Below, one piece after another: positions 1 to 8,392 of a stretch of 32,000 nt of DNA. Made by a program: the position numbers and the translations under genes. Positions within the stretch are counted from its first letter, which is position 1, and every line of letters starts with the position of its first letter. Source of the stretch: Crocosphaera subtropica ATCC 51142. Its GTDB lineage: Bacteria; Cyanobacteriota; Cyanobacteriia; Cyanobacteriales; Microcystaceae. Where the stretch lies: the NCBI RefSeq assembly GCF_000017845.1, contig NC_010546.1, positions 3,330,001 through 3,362,000 on the forward strand, given 5' to 3'. Under the pieces are notes generated by a model that saw only the letters and a list, made by a program, of their open reading frames with translations, had not been told where the DNA came from and did no database searches.

Positions 1-2054
1 TAGGGACGACGGCGTACTGCTTCGGATAACTGTCCCCCTTGATCGTAACCCACATATCCAGGAGGCGCACCAATTAACCGAGAAACGGCGTGTTTTTCCA
101 TGTATTCGGACATATCAATGCGAATCATGGCATCTTGAGAGTCAAAGAGAAAGGCAGCTAATGCTCTCGCTAATTCTGTCTTTCCTACACCAGTAGGTCC
201 CATGAATAAAAAGGAACCAATGGGACGAGAGGGGTCTTTCATTCCGGCCCGGGCGCGACGAATAGCTGCGGCAACGGCGGCAACCGCCTCCTCTTGGCCG
301 ATAACTTGTTGATGTAAATGTCCTTCTAATTCTAATAATTTTTGCCGTTCTGACCCTAATAAACGGTTAACAGGAATACCCGACCATCCTGCTACAATTT
401 CGGCGATATCGGAGTCGGTAACTTGTTCTCTTAAGAGGGTTTCTCCTTGGGATTGTATTTCAATTAATTTTGTTTCTTTGGCTTCTAAATCCCTTTGTAA
501 TCCTTCTAATCTACCATACTTTAATTGAGCTGCTTTATTAAGATCATAAGCTCGTTCTGCTTGTTCAATTTGTACTCTTAACTGTTCTTCTTCTTCTTTT
601 AAAGCATTGATTTCTTCTAGCATCTGTTTTTCAGATTGCCATTGTTGACCTAAAGTTTCATGAATCTCTTCTAATTCTTTAATTTCTTGTTCTATTTTTT
701 GTAACCGTTCTTTTGAGGCTTTATCAACCATTATTCCGGTTCTGGTTTCTTCTCCTTCTAAGGAAAGTTTTTCCATTTGTAGCTGCATCAAACGACGATC
801 TACGTCTTCTAATTCGACCGGCTTAGACGTAATTTCCATCTTCAATTTTGCAGCAGCTTCGTCTACAAGATCGATCGCTTTATCGGGTAAAAATCTATCA
901 GTGATATAACGATGGGACAAAGTGGCCGCAGCGACTAACGCAGAGTCGGTTATTTTCACCCCGTGATGCACTTCATAGCGTTCTTTGAGTCCTCGTAGAA
1001 TAGAAATGGTATCTTCGACCGTAGGCTGTTTGACATAAACCTGCTGAAAACGCCGTTCTAAGGCGGGATCTTTCTCAATATGCTTGCGGTACTCATCGAG
1101 GGTGGTTGCACCGATACAGCGCAATTCTCCCCGTGCTAACATGGGTTTTAAGAGGTTTCCTGCATCCATCGAACTACCTTCCCGTGACCCAGTTCCTACT
1201 ACGGTATGGAGTTCATCGATAAATAGGATAATGTGACCATCGGAGTTGGTAACTTCTCGCATGACAGTTCGTAGGCGTTCTTCAAACTCTCCCCGATATT
1301 TTGCGCCTGCCACTAAGCTACCCATATCTAAGGAAATTAATTGACGATTTTTGAGAGATTCTGGCACATCTCCGTTAATTATGCGTTGTGCCAATCCTTC
1401 GGCGATCGCTGTTTTCCCTACACCGGGTTCCCCTATTAAAACGGGATTATTCTTAGAACGACGGGATAAAACTTGAATAATGCGTCTTATCTCTTCATCT
1501 CTACCAATAACGGGATCTAACTTACCTTCTCTTGCTGCTTCCGTGAGATCCCGACCATATTTGTCCAATGCTTCGTAACGATCTTCTTGATCTTGTTCGG
1601 TAACTTTTTGGCTTCCTCTAACTGATTTTATGGCCTGTTCTAAGTCTTGAGGATCAAGGTTAAAACTGCGTAAACAACGCCGTCCAATGCGTTCATCTTC
1701 TGCAAACCCCACCCATAAATGTTCTACCGAAATAAACTTATCATCCCAACTTTCACGGGAAGCTTCAGCCCGATCCAGTAATACATCTAAACTACGGCCT
1801 AAGTATAGTTGATCGACGGTGACAAATTTCGCTTGTCGGTTGGTAAAGGTTTCAACCTGTTGCAGCAACCGAGGGATATCAATATCTGCACGTTCTAAAA
1901 TCCGCAAAGTTAAGCCTTTTTCTTGTTCTAGAAGGGCTAAGATGACGTGTTCAACTTCTAAATTTTGATTTTTGAAGCGTCGGGCGACTTCTTGCGATTT
2001 TACGATAGCATCCCAGGCTTGTTCGGTGAACTTTTCAGAGTCAGTAGGTTGCAT
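1..2054 (-). CDS. clpB: ClpB-type AAA+ disaggregase. About 684 N-terminal codons are present, and the 3' end lies beyond the window start.
   Basis: It is absent from the ORF track because there is no stop codon in the window. My translation of the minus strand from the ATG (complement of 2052..2054) gives [44 protein letters not shown]. This is followed by Walker A GEPGVGKT (NBD1), a long charged coiled-coil middle domain, a second Walker A GPTGVGKT (NBD2) and [23 protein letters not shown] at the edge. The frame stays open to position 1. Confidence 0.93.
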   Translation of the reverse strand, partial: MQPTDSEKFTEQAWDAIVKSQEVARRFKNQNLEVEHVILALLEQEKGLTLRILERADIDIPRLLQQVETFTNRQAKFVTVDQLYLGRSLDVLLDRAEASRESWDDKFISVEHLWVGFAEDERIGRRCLRSFNLDPQDLEQAIKSVRGSQKVTEQDQEDRYEALDKYGRDLTEAAREGKLDPVIGRDEEIRRIIQVLSRRSKNNPVLIGEPGVGKTAIAEGLAQRIINGDVPESLKNRQLISLDMGSLVAGAKYRGEFEERLRTVMREVTNSDGHIILFIDELHTVVGTGSREGSSMDAGNLLKPMLARGELRCIGATTLDEYRKHIEKDPALERRFQQVYVKQPTVEDTISILRGLKERYEVHHGVKITDSALVAAATLSHRYITDRFLPDKAIDLVDEAAAKLKMEITSKPVELEDVDRRLMQLQMEKLSLEGEETRTGIMVDKASKERLQKIEQEIKELEEIHETLGQQWQSEKQMLEEINALKEEEEQLRVQIEQAERAYDLNKAAQLKYGRLEGLQRDLEAKETKLIEIQSQGETLLREQVTDSDIAEIVAGWSGIPVNRLLGSERQKLLELEGHLHQQVIGQEEAVAAVAAAIRRARAGMKDPSRPIGSFLFMGPTGVGKTELARALAAFLFDSQDAMIRIDMSEYMEKHAVSRLIGAPPGYVGYDQGGQLSEAVRRRP

Positions 2055-2124
2055 TAGCGACTAAATTTATCCCTCGATATAATAGCAATCTCTAAGAATA
2101 GTATATCAATGTTAGTAGTGACCA

Positions 2125-2147
2125 GTGATCAGTTATGGGTGATCAGT
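2125..2147. promoter_or_regulatory. Two direct copies of GTGATCAGT, each containing the palindrome TGATCA, 14 bp apart and about 70-90 bp upstream of the clpB start.
   Basis: Exact 9-mers lie at 2125..2133 and 2139..2147. The function is unknown. It is only a candidate regulator binding site. Confidence 0.25.
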
Positions 2148-2603
2148 CATTCAATTTATATTTATTTAAAAATGGGAAACAATCTTTTTTAACTAAGCTG
2201 ATGAATTAAAAAGTGCAAAAAAGTAATGAATTAAAGCGTAAGAAATGTTGACTTTAATCCAACCAAAAATGTAAGTATTCAGCTATGAGCTATCACTTTA
2301 AAGCTAATCTAAATTAATATTGAAAAATTTGAGAGAATTGAAAGTGCGGGAAAAAGCCCATCAGCTTACTTTATATGTTTACCATCGAAACTGACTGAAA
2401 TTAAACGAATGCTTACCGCTTTCATTCAAAAGCTAAATGCTGAACATTGATAGCTGAATGCTTACCAAAAAATTATTTTTTCACAGAAATGATAATGTTT
2501 TTAATTTGATACAATGGTAGGTCCGCTTAAGACAGTAGAAAATAATCTACAACTCCAAAGATTTACTCTACTATAATAAGCGGATTTAGTACCACTGATC
2601 TTT

Positions 2604-3014
2604 TTAATTGTAGGTAATGCTTCGTAGCTGTACGTTTATGGTATCGATATAAGCTTGATTATTTATAAAATCAGAAGACAGTCTCCCTTTAGTAATAGCA
2701 CTTCTAATAATGGTTTCAGCATCAATTTTTTGAGAGATTAACGCCTGTTTAAATGCACCATGACTCGGAATTCCTAAATCAGAAAAATATCCCTGGTAAG
2801 CAAGTTGTACTAGGTTAACAGGTGTTACTTGAGCAAAACTATGATAAGTGGGACTAGGATTTACAATAGCGACTTCTTCAGAAGCAATTACTGGAATAGG
2901 AAGAGTTGAGAAAAGAATCGCCGAAAGACTACCGAAGATAAGATTTTTCATAGGAATTCGTGCAGACAATGCTGATAAGTAAGGATCAGAAAGAAAGGAT
3001 GATTTTGTCATCAA
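2604..3014 (-). CDS. Hypothetical small secreted or membrane-anchored protein.
   Basis: The ORF is 136 aa. The internal Met (MKNLIFGSLSAILFSTLPIPVIASEE) looks like a signal peptide. I recognise no domain. Confidence 0.55.
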   Translation of the reverse strand: MMTKSSFLSDPYLSALSARIPMKNLIFGSLSAILFSTLPIPVIASEEVAIVNPSPTYHSFAQVTPVNLVQLAYQGYFSDLGIPSHGAFKQALISQKIDAETIIRSAITKGRLSSDFINNQAYIDTINVQLRSITYN

Positions 3015-3119
3015 ATCTTGAAATTAAACTGATGTACAGCTTGACTAATTTCAGGAGGAATCTTGACAACATCCGAATCAACCATAAATTACATTCTAAA
3101 AGGTAGTGTAATAACTTAT

Positions 3120-3151
3120 CTTCCCCCAATTAGTTCATACAATGGGGGGAG
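3120..3151 (-). terminator. Candidate stem-loop terminator downstream of coaX.
   Basis: CTTCCCCCA (3120..3128) pairs with TGGGGGGAG (3143..3151) as a 9-bp GC-rich stem with one G-U pair and a 14-nt loop. It begins about 18 nt after the coaX stop. The downstream U-tract is weak. Confidence 0.4.
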
Positions 3152-3169
3152 AAAAATAATAAACTTGCC

Positions 3170-3931
3170 TTAGATATCTAAACGATTAATTGATCTTATT
3201 CCCCAAAAGATAAGATTATGATCCACTGTTAGTTCTTCCAAGTGTTCATAATTATCTTGTTGAAAATAATCATATAATTGAGCAGCATCCCCTCCAGTTA
3301 AAACAATTTCACTGTCAGGATACTTGTATAACCAATCATTTATAAACGTTTTGATTCCACTGATAAGGGTGTATAAAATACCACTAATCATGGCATTTTC
3401 GGTATTACCTGCCCAACGATCGCCTAATTTTTTCGGTAAATCAATATTAGGTAAGGCTGCAGTTTTTGTTGATAATGAATTAAATTGTAGCTTTAATCCG
3501 GGTAAAATCGCTCCCCCAATAAAAGTGCGATCGCTATCAATTCCCGTTAAGGTTAAAGCCGTACCAGCATCAATGACTAAACAAGGAAAATGATACTTGT
3601 CGCCTGCCCCCAATGCAGCTAATGCTCGATCAATTCCTATGGTTTGATAAAGATTGTTGAGGGGAATATCTTCTAAGTTAATGAGAACAGTGTTTTGATA
3701 ATTTTGCCATAGTTTAGTTTGAGAAGGAACCACAGAAGCAACGATTAAAGGTAAGGTAAGAGAAAGATTCCCCAAGAGGCAATGATTAGGTAATATTAAA
3801 GGGTCAATCAATTGGTCATGATGAGTTGTATTCCAAGTATTCTGTAAAATTTCACCCTGGAAATACCCCCAATGCAGTCGAGAATTTCCAATCATTAAAG
3901 CTAACCATTCTTTTGATGTTTCCCGATTCAC
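3170..3931 (-). CDS. coaX: Type III pantothenate kinase.
   Basis: 253 aa. N-terminal MIGNSRLHW, VIDAGTALT and GGAILPG match the ASKHA-fold phosphate and adenosine motifs of CoaX. Confidence 0.85.
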   Translation of the reverse strand: MNRETSKEWLALMIGNSRLHWGYFQGEILQNTWNTTHHDQLIDPLILPNHCLLGNLSLTLPLIVASVVPSQTKLWQNYQNTVLINLEDIPLNNLYQTIGIDRALAALGAGDKYHFPCLVIDAGTALTLTGIDSDRTFIGGAILPGLKLQFNSLSTKTAALPNIDLPKKLGDRWAGNTENAMISGILYTLISGIKTFINDWLYKYPDSEIVLTGGDAAQLYDYFQQDNYEHLEELTVDHNLIFWGIRSINRLDI

Positions 3932-4078
3932 AGTTTTCCTAGTTTTTATCTTTTCTGTGGACTATTTTTCAAAAGAAAAATGTAATTTAAGAATATTTTA
4001 TAATTAAAACCATCACCAAATTAGCAATAATAATGTTATCATTTTTAAGGCCATGTGAATTATCACCATTATCCTTAT

Positions 4079-4972
4079 ATGAGTAGCGAAAACGAGTATA
4101 TACAAGAAGCCGATGCTAACCGTGTCCGAGTTTTAAGCGAAGCCCTTCCCTACATCCAACAATTCGCTGGACGCACTGTTGTCATTAAATACGGAGGGGC
4201 AGCCATGAAAGATAGTTCCCTTAAAGATAAAGTCATTCGTGATATCATTTTTCTCGCTTGTGTGGGAGTTCATCCGGTGGTGGTTCATGGTGGCGGACCA
4301 GAAATTAATAGTTGGTTAGATAAACTAGGGATTGAAGCCCAATTTAAAGATGGCTTAAGGGTTACTGATGCACCCACAATGGATGTGGTAGAAATGGTCT
4401 TAGTAGGCCGTGTTAATAAAGAGTTAGTCTCACTCATTAATCAAGCAGGGGGTCAAGGGGTAGGACTCTGTGGTAAAGATGGTAACTTAGTTAAAGCCCG
4501 TCGTGTGGATAAACAAGATATTGGCTTTGTCGGAGAAGTCAGTAAAGTTAATGTCAAAATTGTTCACTGTTTAGTCACCAATAACTATATCCCTGTCATT
4601 TCCTCTGTGGCCGCCGATGACACGGGACAGGCCTACAATATTAATGCTGATACCTTCGCAGGAGAAGTAGCAGCAGCCCTCGGTGCAGAAAAATTGATTC
4701 TGTTAACAGATACCCCAGGCATTCTCGAAAATTATCAAGATCCTAGTACATTAATAACCAAATTAGATATTAGACAGGCTAGGGACTTGATCGCTCAAGG
4801 GGTAGTAGCCGGAGGCATGATCCCGAAAGTTAATTGTTGTGTGCGATCGCTGGCTCAAGGGGTTCGCGCAGCACACATTATTGATGGTCGCATTCCTCAT
4901 TCTATATTACTGGAAATCTTTAGCGATCGGGGTATTGGCTCGATGATTGTTGCCTCAGAATATCAGTCTTAA
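4079..4972 (+). CDS. argB: N-acetylglutamate kinase.
   Basis: Motifs [27 protein letters not shown] and GGMIPK are present. The track ORF opens at GTG 4055, but ATG 4079 (MSSENEY...) gives the usual length of about 297 aa. Confidence 0.92.
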   Translation: MSSENEYIQEADANRVRVLSEALPYIQQFAGRTVVIKYGGAAMKDSSLKDKVIRDIIFLACVGVHPVVVHGGGPEINSWLDKLGIEAQFKDGLRVTDAPTMDVVEMVLVGRVNKELVSLINQAGGQGVGLCGKDGNLVKARRVDKQDIGFVGEVSKVNVKIVHCLVTNNYIPVISSVAADDTGQAYNINADTFAGEVAAALGAEKLILLTDTPGILENYQDPSTLITKLDIRQARDLIAQGVVAGGMIPKVNCCVRSLAQGVRAAHIIDGRIPHSILLEIFSDRGIGSMIVASEYQS

Positions 4973-5190
4973 AGTTAAAGAAATTGAGGGTTATGGTAGT
5001 AATTCCCGTACTTGTGAGCTAAAAGACTTGCAGAAATTGAATAAATCAGTTATAACTGAAACAGTGAAAATACTTCTCGAAACATATCCTTCGATAAATA
5101 TCTGCGATTTAACAAAATACCAATCCATAGAGAGAAGTGTTGCTCAAGAGAGCATTTGTACAATTTAGTAAACACAAATTAATTGAGTCT

Positions 5191-5409
5191 ATGACGAAGC
5201 AAGTTGCTCATCCTATGATGAAGTTTCAACGCAAAGTGTCCTCACTGGTAGAGTCAAACGTTCTGAAACCTAGTGACAGCATTTGGAAATTAGCCCTTTT
5301 ATACGGAAATGACTGGTCTTACTGGAAAAAAGAGCTATTAGAGTTTGGCTTTACCATGCAAGATCCCGTTAGCGAGGTTTTAGTGGTTGAAGCATGGGAT
5401 GAAGAATAA
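5191..5409 (+). CDS. Hypothetical small protein (72 aa from ATG 5191; the track ORF opens at GTG 5137).
   Basis: This is an ORF call only. I see no recognisable motif, and the ribosome binding site is weak. Confidence 0.3.
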   Translation: MTKQVAHPMMKFQRKVSSLVESNVLKPSDSIWKLALLYGNDWSYWKKELLEFGFTMQDPVSEVLVVEAWDEE

Positions 5410-5634
5410 TCCCACCTAACCCGACCCTGAATTGATTGCAATGTCAGATATGGATTATTATATTTTTATCTACTGATGTATCTTTGCAATCATAGTCCTA
5501 GAAAGCACTTGGTCTACGGGGTCTAATCGGATCAAATATTCTTTACAAAAAACAGTCTTCTTAACGTAGCCTAGAAAGGTTTTTTAATGTTAAGGTAAAG
5601 TCATCAAAGATTATTACCTGTTAAGGAGATATCT

Positions 5635-5955
5635 ATGCTACACCGCAAGATTTATCAACTTTGTACAGAAGGCCGAGAAGTTTGTCTGTTCTTGCGGGAT
5701 CAGCAACGTTGGATAGAAGGTGCCACTATTGTTTCCTTGGAGGGAGACTTAGTCACCATTCGCTATGAAACCGAAGAGGACGACGAGATCAGTTCTTGGG
5801 AAGAAATGGTAAGACTCGAAAGTATTGGCGCAGTTAGCCAAAAATTAGCATCTGTCCCCAGATACAACTCAGAAATCTTTGTTTCTGATGATTGTCCTGA
5901 AGCAGAACAAATTCATCCCCAGTCCCCTGACTCTAATCAAGACCCAAAGGGTTAG
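5635..5955 (+). CDS. Conserved hypothetical protein with an acidic C-terminus.
   Basis: 106-aa ORF. AAGGAG lies 6 nt upstream of the ATG, and a clean intrinsic terminator follows directly. Confidence 0.6.
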   Translation: MLHRKIYQLCTEGREVCLFLRDQQRWIEGATIVSLEGDLVTIRYETEEDDEISSWEEMVRLESIGAVSQKLASVPRYNSEIFVSDDCPEAEQIHPQSPDSNQDPKG

Positions 5956-5997
5956 GTAGTTAAGAGATCATTCACCTTGGTTCCCAAGCTTAATAAT

Positions 5998-6021
5998 GCC
6001 GGACTTTCCCGGCTATTTTTT
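5998..6021 (+). terminator. Rho-independent terminator.
   Basis: GCCGG-ACTTTC-CCGGC followed by TATTTTTT, 43 nt after the stop of the 106-aa ORF. Confidence 0.7.
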
Positions 6022-6092
6022 GACCAGGATCATAATTAAAACTTGCTCTATAATAAAGGAGTGAGACAAAAGATTGTCGCTGATTATTTTTC

Positions 6093-6119
6093 GTTATCAT
6101 TAAGCAATAAAATGATAAC
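6093..6119. promoter_or_regulatory. Fur-family (Zur-like) operator candidate upstream of the COG0523 gene.
   Basis: There is a perfect 9-bp inverted repeat, GTTATCATT (6093..6101) and AATGATAAC (6111..6119). It sits among further GATAAT-like hexamers (TGATTAT, TTATCTCA), 40-65 bp upstream of ATG 6159. Confidence 0.4.
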
Positions 6120-6158
6120 CTTATCTCAATCTTTTGAAATATTATTAATGGAAAGATT

Positions 6159-7238
6159 ATGCAGACAGTGGATAAAAAGTCAGGAAATTCTGACACAATG
6201 GACGCACCTAAACATGGTTTACCCGTCACTATTATTACAGGATTTCTCGGTAGTGGAAAAACCACCCTTCTTAACCATATTCTCACCAATCAAGAAGGTA
6301 TTAAAACGGCAGTTTTAGTCAATGAGTTTGGAGAAATTGGCATTGATAATGAGTTAATTGTTACCACCGATGATAATATGGTGGAACTTAACAATGGTTG
6401 TGTCTGTTGTACAATTAACGAAGATTTAGTCCAAGCGGTTTACAAAGTTTTAGAACGGCCAGAAAAAGTTGATTATTTAATTGTTGAAACCACAGGATTA
6501 GCTGATCCTTTACCGGTGGCACTCACCTTTTTAGGCACAGAATTAAGGGACATGACCCGTCTTGACTCTATCGTTACCATGGTAGATTGTGCTAATTTTA
6601 GTTTAGATTTATTTAATTCAGAAGCTGCTCATAGTCAGATCGCTTATGGGGATATCATTGTTCTCAATAAGACTGATTTAGTGGATGAAGGGGATGTCGA
6701 TTCCTTAGAAATTCGTATTAGAGATATTAAAGAGTCCGCTAGAATTTTACGCACTCAACAATCCCAGGTTCCTTTACCTTTGGTTCTCAGTGTAGGATTG
6801 TTCGAGTCCGATAAATATTTTGATCAGCAAGAAACTAAACACGATCACGATCATGATCATCACCACCATCATGATCATGATCATCACCACAATCACCACG
6901 AACACCATTCCCATCATCTAGAAAATGACGGGTTTACTTCTATTTCTTTTGAAAGTGATCAACCCTTTGCTATTCGTAAGTTTCAATATTTTCTAGATAA
7001 TCAATTACCGGCTAATGTCTTTCGGGCTAAAGGGGTTTTATGGTTCAATGAAAGTGAGAAACGTCACATTTTTCACCTTAGTGGGAAACGATTCACCCTA
7101 GAAGATGATGAATGGAAAGGGATGCCTAAAAATCAACTGGTTTTGATTGGACAAAATCTGGATAAAGAGACACTATATCAACAAATCGAACATTGCTTAT
7201 CCCTTCCGGCGACAAGTAAAGGTAAAGGGTTTGGTTGA
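6159..7238 (+). CDS. COG0523 (CobW/YeiR/ZigA-like) G3E GTPase metallochaperone with a His-rich insert.
   Basis: P-loop GFLGSGKTT, metal motif GCVCC and LNKTD (NKxD) are present, together with the 26-residue tract HDHDHDHHHHHDHDHHHNHHEHHSHH and a CobW C-terminal domain. Confidence 0.88.
   Translation: MQTVDKKSGNSDTMDAPKHGLPVTIITGFLGSGKTTLLNHILTNQEGIKTAVLVNEFGEIGIDNELIVTTDDNMVELNNGCVCCTINEDLVQAVYKVLERPEKVDYLIVETTGLADPLPVALTFLGTELRDMTRLDSIVTMVDCANFSLDLFNSEAAHSQIAYGDIIVLNKTDLVDEGDVDSLEIRIRDIKESARILRTQQSQVPLPLVLSVGLFESDKYFDQQETKHDHDHDHHHHHDHDHHHNHHEHHSHHLENDGFTSISFESDQPFAIRKFQYFLDNQLPANVFRAKGVLWFNESEKRHIFHLSGKRFTLEDDEWKGMPKNQLVLIGQNLDKETLYQQIEHCLSLPATSKGKGFG
6840..6917 (+). repeat. Imperfect CAY/GAY codon repeat encoding the His/Asp tract.
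   Basis: cacgatcacgatcatgatcatcaccaccatcatgatcatgatcatcaccac... lies in frame within the COG0523 CDS. Confidence 0.8.
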
Positions 7239-7319
7239 ATAACATTAAAAATCAGAAGTCAGAATTTCAATTCATAGATGATGACTTCTACTGAAATTCT
7301 GTTAAGCATAATCCACTCA

Positions 7320-7358
7320 AAAACCCTATCTAACCTAAAAATTATTAGATAGGGTTTT
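7320..7358 (+). terminator. Long stem-loop terminator after the COG0523 gene.
   Basis: AAAACCCTATCTAA (7320..7333) pairs perfectly with TTAGATAGGGTTTT (7345..7358) across an 11-nt loop. The 3' arm ends in a U run. Confidence 0.6.
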
Positions 7359-7424
7359 CAAAAGGAAAAACTGTTGATACTGGAGTTCCTTTTGAGCAAA
7401 ATTAAAGTCCATCCATGAAATTAA

Positions 7425-8321
7425 ATGCTAAAATACGCTTATTACCCAGGTTGTGTGGCTCAAGGGGCTTGTCGTGAATTGTATTTGTCTACCGCAGCTT
7501 TAACCGAGGCTTTAGGCATAGAATTAATTGAACTGAAAAAAGCTGCTTGTTGTGGTTCAGGAACTTATAAAGAAGATTCTCAACTCTTAGAAGATACCGT
7601 TAACGCCCGAAATATTGCCCTAGCAGAATCTTTGAATCTGCCTTTATTAACCCATTGTAGTACCTGTCAAGGGGTAATTGGCCATGTTGATGAACGATTG
7701 AAAGCGGCCAAAACTAATAATCCAGCTTATGTTGAACAGGTCAATGGATTTCTCAAAAAAGAACATTGTTCACCCTATAAAGGAAGTACAGAAGTAAAAC
7801 ATTTACTATGGGCTTTAGTCGCTGATTACGGGTTAGAGAGATTAGCCCAAAAGGTAAAACGGAAACTATCTGGGTTAAATTGTGCAGCGTTTTATGGCTG
7901 TTATTTATTAAGAACTCAGGATAAACTTCCCTATGACAATCCATTTCAACCGGAATCCTTAGAAAATGTTTTTCGTACGGTTGGGGCTACTCCTATTTAT
8001 TATCAAGGACGGACACAATGTTGTGGATGGCCATTGTCAAGTTATGCCACAGAACAATCCTTTAAAATGGCAGGAAATCATCTTAAAGAAGCTATAGAAG
8101 CCGGTGCCGATTGTTTAGTGACTCCCTGTCCCTTATGTCATTTAAACCTAGATTCGAGACAACCCGAAGTAGAAAAGGTAATCGGAGAAAAACTAGGTTT
8201 ACCTGTGTTGCACTTACCTCAATTAGTGGCTTTATCCCTGGGAATCGAACCTGAACAATTAGGCTTAAGTCGTCATGTGGTTTCTACAAAATCCGTATTA
8301 CAAAAATTAGAGATATTGTAG
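7425..8321 (+). CDS. HdrB/SdhE-like protein with two CCG domains. This type is annotated in cyanobacteria as heterodisulfide reductase subunit B or succinate dehydrogenase subunit C.
   Basis: 298 aa. The N-terminus reads YYPGC. There are two cysteine-rich CCG motifs (AACCGSG and QCCGWP), each with downstream CxxC-type cysteines (CSTC, CPLC). Confidence 0.8.
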   Translation: MLKYAYYPGCVAQGACRELYLSTAALTEALGIELIELKKAACCGSGTYKEDSQLLEDTVNARNIALAESLNLPLLTHCSTCQGVIGHVDERLKAAKTNNPAYVEQVNGFLKKEHCSPYKGSTEVKHLLWALVADYGLERLAQKVKRKLSGLNCAAFYGCYLLRTQDKLPYDNPFQPESLENVFRTVGATPIYYQGRTQCCGWPLSSYATEQSFKMAGNHLKEAIEAGADCLVTPCPLCHLNLDSRQPEVEKVIGEKLGLPVLHLPQLVALSLGIEPEQLGLSRHVVSTKSVLQKLEIL

Positions 8322-8352
8322 TTTATTTTATGAAGTTGGTGAGCATTGAAAG

Positions 8353-8375
8353 ATGGGAGTTTTAACAACTCCCAT
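8353..8375. terminator. Hairpin between convergent genes; possible bidirectional terminator.
   Basis: ATGGGAGTT (8353..8361) and AACTCCCAT (8367..8375) form a perfect 9-bp stem with a 5-nt loop. The flanking U-tracts are weak. Confidence 0.45.
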
Positions 8376-8392
8376 AATAGTTCAAAGAGGAG

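Noticed and set aside
1590-1630. Possible internal translation start producing a shorter ClpB isoform, as known for E. coli and Synechococcus ClpB.
   Set aside because: The position equivalent to the internal Val start reads ...GSQKVTEQ... with a GTT codon, which is not a start codon. No in-frame ATG or GTG with a ribosome binding site is evident nearby.
2055-2200. A CIRCE (HrcA) operator or NtcA (GTA-N8-TAC) site upstream of clpB, and the same sites in the other long intergenic regions.
   Set aside because: I read these regions on both strands and found no TTAGCACTC-N9-GAGTGCTAA-like element and no GTA-N8-TAC element with a properly spaced -10 box.
3324-3593. Short ORFs in the track that lie antisense to, or nested within, large well-supported genes. 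They are 3324..3593, 5990..6289, 6043..6318, 7753..7944, 8701..8937, 9201..9425, 9598..9786, 12029..12211, 12154..12396, 12512..12706 and 12865..13047. The list continues with 13241..13525, 14384..14674, 15626..15808, 16101..16286, 17782..18027, 19260..19580, 20253..20459, 20355..20618, 22329..22556 and 22841..23026. It ends with 23436..23633, 23576..23764, 24941..25183, 25129..25368, 25372..25614, 28197..28397, 28472..28681 and 31472..31717.
   Set aside because: Each is fully embedded in a longer ORF whose translation carries clear family motifs. Their own translations are low-complexity or motif-free. They are typical shadow ORFs.
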